From Archangium sp. (GTDB lineage: Bacteria; Myxococcota; Myxococcia; Myxococcales; Myxococcaceae): a DNA stretch of 41,681 bases. The stretch lies in the NCBI GenBank assembly GCA_043737315.1, contig JAYTAT010000911.1:1-41681 (forward strand), read 5' to 3'. This document shows positions 18,288-25,836 of the stretch, one piece after another. The notes below the pieces were generated by a model. It did not search any database. It was not told where the DNA came from and saw only the letters and a list, made by a program, of their open reading frames with translations. Numbering within the stretch: the first letter of the stretch is position 1; every line of letters begins with the position of its first letter. Position numbers and translations under genes: made by a program.

Positions 18288-20851
18288 CAGCTGCGGCGAC
18301 GGCGCAACAACGCGAGCGCTCCGAGGGCGAGGAGCTCGAGACCCCCGGTCGAAGAACAACCGGCGCGCTGCGTGGCGCCCGGCAACGCCTCCACCACCTC
18401 AGGACGAACGGCGACCTGTGCTGAGCGGTAGATGGACTGGCCCACGTTGCCGAACTCGTCGCGGGCGAACACGGTCACCCCGCCCTGCACTTCGATGGCA
18501 GACAACGAGATGTCGCGCGCCGGGCCGAAGTCAGAGGTCTGGCCTTCACCGACCCGGTAGGCGAACTCGAGGCGGTCGGCCGAGATGACGTCGCGCGCGG
18601 TGACCACCAGCAAGTCGTGTTCGAGATCGGGGCGCAACGAGAGCTCAGGCGCTTCCCAGTCGACCATGAAGCCCACGTCTTTCTGCGACGAGATCGCGTG
18701 CGGATCTTCAGCGATGCGCGAACGCACGTGGATCACGTGGTGGCCCTGCATCAGGAAACGGGGGTGCGAGACGGTCAGCTCGTTGGCCTGCGCGGGCACG
18801 AAGTCGGTCCACATGCCGTCGTCGATTTTAAAGGAGTACTCCGGGCTGCCAGACGCGCCCAGCGTGCGCACGTCGAGCACCGCTTCGGGCCAGGGCAGCG
18901 GGTGGCCGGCCAGGCGCATGTCTGCCGACCTGGGCATGCGGCTGTGCTTGAGCGCCACGGCGACTTCCGGCGCGGCCACGGCGCACATGCCATTGAGCGG
19001 CATCAGCGTCGCGTAGATGCCCAGGTGATTGTACGCCTCGGTACCCGTGATGCGGCCGATGCCCTTGACCTCGTTGACCTTCAGCTTGAACGAGCCCAGC
19101 GCCGGCAATGCAAAGCCAGACAAGCCACCGGCAAGCGCAGGCTCTGCAAGGCCAATCACCGCGGGCACCAGGTCTGCGAGCACCCGAGGATCTTCAGCGA
19201 GGATCTCTGCGTTGGCCGTGCGGATGTTGGTGATGAGCGAGCGCAGATCCCCCAGCGCCGGCGCCACCGAGTCGCAGCCGTCGAAGATGAGCGAAATGGG
19301 CAACGAGATGTCGGCGGTCAGGGTGAAGAGCCGCGCGTAGCGGTCATCGATCATCGCGTAGAAGTCGATGCTCAGGTCAGGCAGGGTGATCAGCAGCAGC
19401 GGCTTTATCGGCTTCTTGGTGACCGGGTCGTACGTGCCCTCGCCCACCACCACCTGCGGCGAGCGCGCGGGGCGCAGCACCACCATCATCGGAGCATCCT
19501 TGCCGTCGCGGGTGGCCAGCTTGCCCAACGAAGGCAGGAACGTCTTGAACAGGCCGGTGTTGATGAGCCCCACGCTCTCGGAAGTGAGGTTCAGGCAGAG
19601 CGCGCCCGACTGCTGGGCGGCCCAGAAGGCGTTGTTGAGGAAGTTCGACGAGACGCCCAGACCCACGTGGTAGCCCGAGTTCGGCGTGGCCTCTGCGTCG
19701 AAGTCGGGGAAGGCCACCATGGTCATCGGCGGCGCGGTCTGCGGCGGCACGCAATCAGAGATCGAGTTGGGCTGAATGCCCACGCGCGTTCCGAAGCTCA
19801 TGCCCGCGTTCATCTGCACGCTGGCGCCCGCCGCGAGCGAGAGCTGAATACCCGCTCCAGCCGGGGCCCCGAAAGAACCCAGCAGCGCGCCCATGTTCAT
19901 GGTGCCTTCGACGCCGAGGAAACGCGGCACGCACTGCGCGCTGGTGCCCAGCAGGCAGACCTTCCGAGAGCCGTCGCAGGTCGAGGCGACGTTGGTGCCG
20001 TCGGTGGTGCGCGGACAATCGGCGCTGGTCTGACAGGGCCAGCAGGTCTGACCGGCCACCGCCGCACGAACCTGGTTCTGCAGCGGGCCCGAGATCTGCT
20101 GGAGCACGAAGGTCTTGATGGGATCCCAGTCGGCGCCATCGCAGGCAAAGCTGCAGAAACCACCCTCAGAGCTGAGCGCGAGGTCATCCGGGTCGAGACA
20201 CGAAGGTTTGGCTGGTGCACCGCTGGCGCCGCAGATCTGCGTGCCGTTGATGGTGGTGACCTCGAAGGCGAGCAGCTTGTCGAAGCGCGTGTCGATGCTG
20301 AACTTCACCGTCGCGGTGAGGCGGTTGTCGTTGGGGTTCGCGCGCGCGGTGTTGAAGTCGATGCTGCACTTCAGGTCGCACAGGCGGTGCGGGTTGGTCA
20401 GGTAGATCTTGCCGGTGTTGATGTTGAGCTGAACGGTGGCGTCGAGCAGATCAGGCGCACGCGGCGCGAGCGAGAAGCCGGTCATCGTCACGGCCACGTT
20501 GGCGGGCAGATCCTTGTTGTCGCAGCGCGCGTCGTTGCGGCCGCCGTTGGGGCCACCCTGATCGGAGATGTACACGTCGCCGATCACCGAGACGTTCTGC
20601 ATGCTGCAGGGGATCGGCAAGGCGAGCACGCCGCCCGGCGCGAAGGCCTGAATCAGCGTCCGCCAATTCGAATTGAGGTAGTTGATGCCGCCGGCCGACA
20701 GGCGAATGTTGATCGCGTTGTCGGTCTTCGGGCCCGTGTAGCGGGTGCCCGCGGGAAACGGCGTCAGCGTGGAGCAGCCCGAGCCCGTGCCTGAACAGCT
20801 CAGGCCCACGAGCACCAGCAACACCAGTCCTGATCGGGCAGACCTATGCAT
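18287..20851 (-). CDS. large secreted Cys-rich protein with MYXO-CTERM sorting signal
   Basis: ATG 20851 is preceded by GGGAGG 8 nt upstream. Signal/lipobox-like MHRSARSGLVLLVLVGLSCSG. C-terminus ...GCSSTGGLELLALGALALLRRRRS, that is Cys, a hydrophobic helix and an Arg cluster. Confidence 0.8.
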   Translation of the reverse strand: MHRSARSGLVLLVLVGLSCSGTGSGCSTLTPFPAGTRYTGPKTDNAINIRLSAGGINYLNSNWRTLIQAFAPGGVLALPIPCSMQNVSVIGDVYISDQGGPNGGRNDARCDNKDLPANVAVTMTGFSLAPRAPDLLDATVQLNINTGKIYLTNPHRLCDLKCSIDFNTARANPNDNRLTATVKFSIDTRFDKLLAFEVTTINGTQICGASGAPAKPSCLDPDDLALSSEGGFCSFACDGADWDPIKTFVLQQISGPLQNQVRAAVAGQTCWPCQTSADCPRTTDGTNVASTCDGSRKVCLLGTSAQCVPRFLGVEGTMNMGALLGSFGAPAGAGIQLSLAAGASVQMNAGMSFGTRVGIQPNSISDCVPPQTAPPMTMVAFPDFDAEATPNSGYHVGLGVSSNFLNNAFWAAQQSGALCLNLTSESVGLINTGLFKTFLPSLGKLATRDGKDAPMMVVLRPARSPQVVVGEGTYDPVTKKPIKPLLLITLPDLSIDFYAMIDDRYARLFTLTADISLPISLIFDGCDSVAPALGDLRSLITNIRTANAEILAEDPRVLADLVPAVIGLAEPALAGGLSGFALPALGSFKLKVNEVKGIGRITGTEAYNHLGIYATLMPLNGMCAVAAPEVAVALKHSRMPRSADMRLAGHPLPWPEAVLDVRTLGASGSPEYSFKIDDGMWTDFVPAQANELTVSHPRFLMQGHHVIHVRSRIAEDPHAISSQKDVGFMVDWEAPELSLRPDLEHDLLVVTARDVISADRLEFAYRVGEGQTSDFGPARDISLSAIEVQGGVTVFARDEFGNVGQSIYRSAQVAVRPEVVEALPGATQRAGCSSTGGLELLALGALALLRRRRS

Positions 20852-20941
20852 GAAGAACGACCTCCCAGCGGCCGATGAAGAAGAGCACGCAGCGTAGCAG
20901 CACCCGCCCCCCACAAGCGCAAGACCGCCTGACTCAATGCG

Positions 20942-21841
20942 TCAGGTGAGCACGGGGAGCGCCACGGACCCCGCCTTGAGGACGTCGTTGAGCCGGCCCG
21001 ATCGGAAGGGCTCGAGATCCACGGCCACGAAGGTGAAGCCCTGCGCCTTGATGGCCGTGTTGACCGCCTCGCGCGTGCTGGGGTCGAGCATGCGCGAGAG
21101 CTCTTCCGCACCCAACTCGAGGCGCGCGACCTCGTGGTGGTACCGCACGCGGAAGTTCACGAAGCCCAGCGTACGCACGGCTTTTTCGGCCGCACCGACC
21201 TGCTTCAAACGCTCGACCGTCACCTGCGTGCCGTAAGGCAATCGCGACGCAAGGCAGGCCATCTGCGGCTTGTCCCACGTGGGAAGATCGAGGCGCTTCG
21301 ACCAGGCGCGCACCTCGGCTTTGGTGAGCTGCGCTTCAGCCAGGGGGGAGCGCACCGCGTGCTCGGCCGCTGCCTTGTGACCGGGGCGGTGATCCTTCTT
21401 GTCGTCGGCGTTGAAGCCATCGAGCACCACGGCGAGGCCCAGCTCTGCACGGTGTTTGCTGGTGATAGCGTAGAGCTCGGTCTTGCAAAAATAACAGCGG
21501 TTCGAAGGGTTCGCGGCGTAGCGGGGATCGTCGAGCTCCTTCGAGTCGACCAGCACGTGCCTCGCGCCGATCTTCGCCGCGAGCTCCTGCGCCTCTATCG
21601 CTTCGTCGGGCGCGACCGAGGCCGAGATCGCGGTCAGCGCGACCGCCCGTGCGCCGAGTTGTTCGACGGCCAGCTTGAGCACCAGCGTCGAGTCGACGCC
21701 TCCCGAAAAGGCGATCAAGGCCGAGCCGTGCGCACGCAGCGCTGCTCTGAGGCCCTCGACCCGGTCAGCAGACTGGGCGCACAGCGCATCAACCTGTGCG
21801 TCCGAGAGAACAGGCTGCTGAGGCATGGCTTGTGACGACAT
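20942..21841 (-). CDS. larE: PP-loop ATP pyrophosphatase, LarE-type sulfur transferase family
   Basis: SGGVDS PP-loop, NRCYFCKTELY (CxxC) and KPQMACLASRLPYG (the LarE-type Cys motif as I recall it). 299 aa. Confidence 0.65.
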   Translation of the reverse strand: MSSQAMPQQPVLSDAQVDALCAQSADRVEGLRAALRAHGSALIAFSGGVDSTLVLKLAVEQLGARAVALTAISASVAPDEAIEAQELAAKIGARHVLVDSKELDDPRYAANPSNRCYFCKTELYAITSKHRAELGLAVVLDGFNADDKKDHRPGHKAAAEHAVRSPLAEAQLTKAEVRAWSKRLDLPTWDKPQMACLASRLPYGTQVTVERLKQVGAAEKAVRTLGFVNFRVRYHHEVARLELGAEELSRMLDPSTREAVNTAIKAQGFTFVAVDLEPFRSGRLNDVLKAGSVALPVLT

Positions 21842-21918
21842 GCCGGGGGGATAGCGAAGCGGCGCTGGAGAGTCGAGCGCGACTGCTCGTCAGCTTCGAG
21901 GAAGTCGGTTTTCCGGCT

Positions 21919-22608
21919 TCACTTCTTGCCCTTCTTCTTCGCAGGCTTGGCGGCCTTCGCAGGCTTTGGCGCCTTGACGGGAGCAGCCACTTTGGCGGGT
22001 TTACCCGGCTTGACCTTCTTGGGGTTCGGGTTCGCCTTCATCTTCGTGCCCGTGATGACCTTGAGCTCGTCGGCGGTCATGTACGAAAGATCGAGCAGCG
22101 ACTGGAACACCTTGAGGCCGCCCTCCTCGATGCTCTCGGTGTTGGTGTGCACGATGACTTCAGCCGAGCTGGGCGGCTGGTAAGGCTCGGTGATCCCGAC
22201 GAAGTTGGGGATCTCGCCGGCGAGCGCCTTCTTGTACTTGCCGGTGGTGTCGCGCTTGATGAGCTCGTCCGTGGGGCAGTCGACGTAGACCTCGATGTAG
22301 CGCTGAATGCGGCGGCGGTTGTCGTCGCGCGATTGCTTGTCGGGGCTCGCACAGGCGACCAGCGTGGCCACGCCGTTGCGCGTGAGGGCATCGGCGACGA
22401 AGCCCAGGCGGCGCGCGATGACCATGCGCTCTTCCTTGGTGTCTCCTTCGATTTCCTTCCAGAGATCGTCCTGAAGGTCGTCTTCATCGAGGATCTCGAC
22501 CTTCCGGCCGACCTGGCGCATGCGCGCTTCGATGTACTGGGCCAGCGTGCTCTTCCCCGCCCCCAACATGCCCGTCAGCCAGACCGTGAAGCCCGTCTCT
22601 TGCGCCAT
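21919..22608 (-). CDS. cysC: adenylyl-sulfate (APS) kinase family protein with Lys/Pro/Ala-rich C-terminal tail
   Basis: ATG 22608. P-loop WLTGMLGAGKSTLA, then ...RDTTGKYKKALAGEIPNFVGITEPYQPP. Tail KANPNPKKVKPGKPAKVAAPVKAPKPAKAAKPAKKKGKK. Some canonical APS-kinase positions look substituted. Confidence 0.65.
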   Translation of the reverse strand: MAQETGFTVWLTGMLGAGKSTLAQYIEARMRQVGRKVEILDEDDLQDDLWKEIEGDTKEERMVIARRLGFVADALTRNGVATLVACASPDKQSRDDNRRRIQRYIEVYVDCPTDELIKRDTTGKYKKALAGEIPNFVGITEPYQPPSSAEVIVHTNTESIEEGGLKVFQSLLDLSYMTADELKVITGTKMKANPNPKKVKPGKPAKVAAPVKAPKPAKAAKPAKKKGKK

Positions 22609-22741
22609 TGCTCTCAGCTCCGATGCAGAAAGGCCCCGCAAAACCTTAAGGAATGCCGCTGCGGGCAGAAAAGTTGCGGCCTTATAGTCTAAAGCACTCG
22701 ATTTCTGTACAGGAAAGTGCCCGGCAGCATGCAAATGCTCA

Positions 22742-23266
22742 TTATTGCTGTTGATTTGTCCTGTGCGAGCACGCAGAAACAACGCCGGCTTCGAAGCTTT
22801 CACCCCGCCAATGCACCAGACCAAGGGGGTCGGACCACCCCAGAATCAGCCGTTGCGCGGTCAGGGCGACAAGGCTCCCGATGGGTCCTCCTTCGGGTTC
22901 AAAACCCAGCCCCCGCCGCACCGCTTCCCAGCAGGCGTCACAGCCTTCGGGGCTGCGAAAGGCCACGCCGGCCCCCACCACCACCTGGGTGCGGGCTGTC
23001 GAGGCGAGGCCCAACGGAAGGACATCGAGCACCGGTTCGAGGGCCGATTGATCCCACTGCGTGTGCGAGAGGAACCCGGTCAACTCGCAGTCTGATCTGC
23101 GTTCGATCGGAGTGCCGCCGGCCGAAAGCCAGGCCACTGCGTCGTCGATCGCCGCGCCGCTTCCCCACACCCGCACCGCAGAAACCAGCAGCTTCTCCTG
23201 CCCCTTGCCTCCCACCTCACGCAGCAGGATCTGCCGGCCGTACCGGAGAATCTGATCTTCGCGCAT
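22742..23266 (-). CDS. degenerate, shortened ThiF/MoeB-like (pseudo-E1) protein
   Basis: ATG 23266 shares 1 nt with the upstream TGA. MREDQILRYGRQILLREVGGKGQEKLL is followed by the degenerate loop VRVWGSGAAIDDAVAWLSAGG. There is no DxD...SNLxRQ motif. One CxxC (CDAC) is kept. 174 aa. Confidence 0.6.
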   Translation of the reverse strand: MREDQILRYGRQILLREVGGKGQEKLLVSAVRVWGSGAAIDDAVAWLSAGGTPIERRSDCELTGFLSHTQWDQSALEPVLDVLPLGLASTARTQVVVGAGVAFRSPEGCDACWEAVRRGLGFEPEGGPIGSLVALTAQRLILGWSDPLGLVHWRGESFEAGVVSACSHRTNQQQ

Positions 23267-23538
23267 CAACCACCTGCCATCGCCGCGACCAACACCACCA
23301 GCTCGGTCGCCGTCAGCGCGCGTGCGAGGCCTTCGTCACTGCGTACGTCGTCTTCGCCCACGAAGATGCCCACCGTGCGTTTGAGCTTTCCGCCGAAGGT
23401 GAAGAGCTGCGGCCGCAACTCAGGGTGCGCGCGGCACACCGACTCCAGCGCGTCGGCGACGGTCGCGCCTTCGACGGTGATCTTCGCGCGGCCGGCAGCG
23501 CGGGGACGAAGGGCCGCGGGGAGCTCGACGACAGGCAT
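23266..23538 (-). CDS. ThiS/MoaD-family ubiquitin-like sulfur carrier (C-terminal Gly-Gly)
   Basis: 90 aa ending ...ELVVLVAAMAGG-stop. The start shares 1 nt with the upstream TGA (TGATG). Confidence 0.75.
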   Translation of the reverse strand: MPVVELPAALRPRAAGRAKITVEGATVADALESVCRAHPELRPQLFTFGGKLKRTVGIFVGEDDVRSDEGLARALTATELVVLVAAMAGG

Positions 23539-23777
23539 CAGTGGTGCACCCGTAAGGTGAGCTTCGCGCTGCCGTCTTCCAACGGCTGAATCGAGAGCAC
23601 CTCGTGACCTTCTTCAAGAGCGCTGCGCGGTACGTTGGTCAGTGGCTCCTGGCCGCGCAAAATCACCTCGAGGGTGGCGCCGTCTTCGAGCGCTTCGACA
23701 GCGAGCTTCACGCGCACGTAGGTCATGGGGCAAACCTCGCGGGTGATGTCGATGGTGGTGAGCATCGGGGGCTTCAT
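23538..23777 (-). CDS. TusA/SirA-like sulfurtransferase
   Basis: MKPPMLTTIDITREVCPMTYVRVKLAVEALEDGATLEVILRG... carries the Cys-Pro motif at the TusA position. ATG 23777 shares 1 nt with the E1 TAA (TAATG). ATG 23798 and 23765 are alternative starts. Confidence 0.65.
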   Translation of the reverse strand: MKPPMLTTIDITREVCPMTYVRVKLAVEALEDGATLEVILRGQEPLTNVPRSALEEGHEVLSIQPLEDGSAKLTLRVHH

Positions 23778-24460
23778 TACCGGTTTCCAGGCCCGCATGC
23801 CGAGCAGTCCGCGCGGCGGCGCACCCGCACGCTCCGAAAGGTGAGGCTGCGGCCATCGATTACGTGAAGCAAAGCCATGCCCTCTTCCTCTGTGAAAGGG
23901 TCAGGGTGAGGGCCCACGACCCTCAACGCCAGACTCGCCTGCAGTCCCCCAATCAAGCCGGCCATCGAGCCGAGCACGCCGGCCTGGGCACACGTCGGCG
24001 CGTCATCAGGCGGTGTCTCGAACAGACAGCGCAGACACGGTCCCCCCGGTTCGATGCGCATGGCGAGGCCCTCGAAACGAAGCACGCCGCCGTAGATGAG
24101 TGGGATGCCGGTGCGCACCGAGGTGTCGGAGAGCAGGAACTTGGTCTCGACCCCATCGGTCGCGTCGATCACCAGATCGTGCGAGGTGAACAGCGTTTCG
24201 GCGTTCTGCGGGTCGAGTCGTTCCTGCCGGGCGGCGATCTTCAGCCCGGTGAAAGCGCGTTGCAACTTGGTGGCGGCGGAGCGCACCTTTGGCTGCCCCA
24301 CGTCGGCCGCGTGATGCCAGGGCTGGCGGTGGAGGTTGGTCAGCTCGACCACGTCGGGATCCATCAGAGTGAGCCGCGTCAGCCCGGCGCGCGCCAGCCC
24401 GAGGGAAGCCGGGCAGCCGAGCCCACCCACGCCGACGATCAGCACGTGCTTTGGAATCAC
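23777..24460 (-). CDS. ThiF/MoeB-type E1-like adenylyltransferase lacking the usual N-terminal RYxRQ helix
   Basis: GTG 24460 lies 8 nt after AAGGAG. IPKHVLIVGVGGLGCPASLGLARAG...MDPDVVELTNLHRQ...DATDG...CLRC...CSAC. The rest of the 697-aa track ORF is antisense to the histidine kinase gene. Confidence 0.8.
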   Translation of the reverse strand: MIPKHVLIVGVGGLGCPASLGLARAGLTRLTLMDPDVVELTNLHRQPWHHAADVGQPKVRSAATKLQRAFTGLKIAARQERLDPQNAETLFTSHDLVIDATDGVETKFLLSDTSVRTGIPLIYGGVLRFEGLAMRIEPGGPCLRCLFETPPDDAPTCAQAGVLGSMAGLIGGLQASLALRVVGPHPDPFTEEEGMALLHVIDGRSLTFRSVRVRRRADCSACGPGNR

Positions 24461-24601
24461 CGTCACAGCTCCTTGCCCAGTTCGGCCCCTACCCCGACCC
24501 CTGCGACCCCGCTTCGCAGGGCGGGGGGGATTCACGCCCGACAAGGGGATACACTCTTCAGCACTTTGCAGCACTCCGATGATCGTCGCGCTCGTGTTGC
24601 C

Positions 24602-25819
24602 GTGGTGCTCGAGAAGCGTGGGCTTTCGCGGCAGGTGTCGGCCGCCGACGCCGCGCAGTCGTGGGTTCAAGATCGTTTCAGCGCCCGGGCCCGCGCCCTC
24701 TTCTACGCGCGCATGATGTTCCTCTCGCTGGGCCTGGGCATCCTCGCGGTGCCCATCTGGCGCTACTACTTTCACTTCACCGCGCTCGCCGTCGCCGGCT
24801 ACGTGTTCATGCTGCTCTACAGCGTGGCGAACTACCTGGTGCTCGGTCACCAACGCGCGGGCCGCGTCGTCACGTACGTCACCTTGTGTCTGGATCTGGT
24901 GGTGATGGTGGTGGTGGTGGTCAAGCCACAAGAAGGCGGCGGCCTGGCCAACCCGCTGCTCGCCACGCAGCTGCTGTTCACGATGTTGTTCGCCCTGCTC
25001 TACCCCAAGCCGCTGGCGATCCTCCCGCCGCTGCTGGCGCTGCCGATCACCGCGCGCCTCGATCAGCTGCTCGACCGAAACCCCAGCGCCATCGAGGTGC
25101 TCACCCTCATCTGGTACCTCGGCCTCAACTTCATCGTCATCTACGTGCTGGTCTACCTGAACGAGCGCGAGGTGACGGCGCACCGCGAGGTTGTCGAGCT
25201 GCAGGGCGATCTCAAGGAGCTCGCCGTGGTCGAAGAACGCAATCGCCTGGCCCGCGAGATCCACGACGGCCTGGGCGCGAGCCTCTCTTCGCTCATCATC
25301 CAGTCCGAGTACGTCGCGCGGCTGACCAAGGACGAAGCGGTGAAGAAAGAGGTCGCCGACCTCAAGCAATCGGCTGAAGAGGCGATCGAAGAGCTGCGCC
25401 GCAGCCTGCAGATGATGCGCGAAGACTTCGATCTCGCCAACGGCGTCGAGGACTACGTGAAGACCTTCGGCGATCGCACCCAGCTGCCGGTGAACTTTCA
25501 GAAGAGCGGCACCCTGCTCGGCCGCCTCGCCCCCGAGACCTCGTTGGCGTTGTTCCGGGTGCTGCAGGAGCTGCTCTCGAACGCCGCCAAACACGCGGCG
25601 GCCGCGCGGGTCGACGTGAAGCTGCACTTCGGGCCTGAGTCGGTGCAGCTCGGCGTCAAAGACGACGGCAAGGGCTTCGACCCCGCCGCGCCCCGCCCCG
25701 GGCACTACGGCCTCATCAACCTGCGCGAGCGTGCGATGAAGGCCGGTGGCGACGTCACCATCGACGCGAAGGTCGGCGCAGGCGTGCACATCACCTTCAC
25801 TGTTCCAGTTCATCCCTGA
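24602..25819 (+). CDS. membrane sensor histidine kinase, NarL-partner (HisKA_3) type; start uncertain
   Basis: Polytopic N-terminal half. H-box EERNRLAREIHDGLGASLS. HATPase region LQELLSNAAKHAAA...DDGKGFD...GHYGLINLRERA. In-frame starts are GTG 24602/24605/24635 and ATG 24713. Confidence 0.8.
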   Translation: MVLEKRGLSRQVSAADAAQSWVQDRFSARARALFYARMMFLSLGLGILAVPIWRYYFHFTALAVAGYVFMLLYSVANYLVLGHQRAGRVVTYVTLCLDLVVMVVVVVKPQEGGGLANPLLATQLLFTMLFALLYPKPLAILPPLLALPITARLDQLLDRNPSAIEVLTLIWYLGLNFIVIYVLVYLNEREVTAHREVVELQGDLKELAVVEERNRLAREIHDGLGASLSSLIIQSEYVARLTKDEAVKKEVADLKQSAEEAIEELRRSLQMMREDFDLANGVEDYVKTFGDRTQLPVNFQKSGTLLGRLAPETSLALFRVLQELLSNAAKHAAAARVDVKLHFGPESVQLGVKDDGKGFDPAAPRPGHYGLINLRERAMKAGGDVTIDAKVGAGVHITFTVPVHP

Positions 25820-25836
25820 TTTGACGAGGAGTCGGC

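Noticed and set aside
18617-20794. 725-aa plus-strand ORF
   Set aside because: It is antisense to the MYXO-CTERM protein gene, which has a signal peptide, an RBS and a sorting tail. The shadow ORF is Arg/His-rich.
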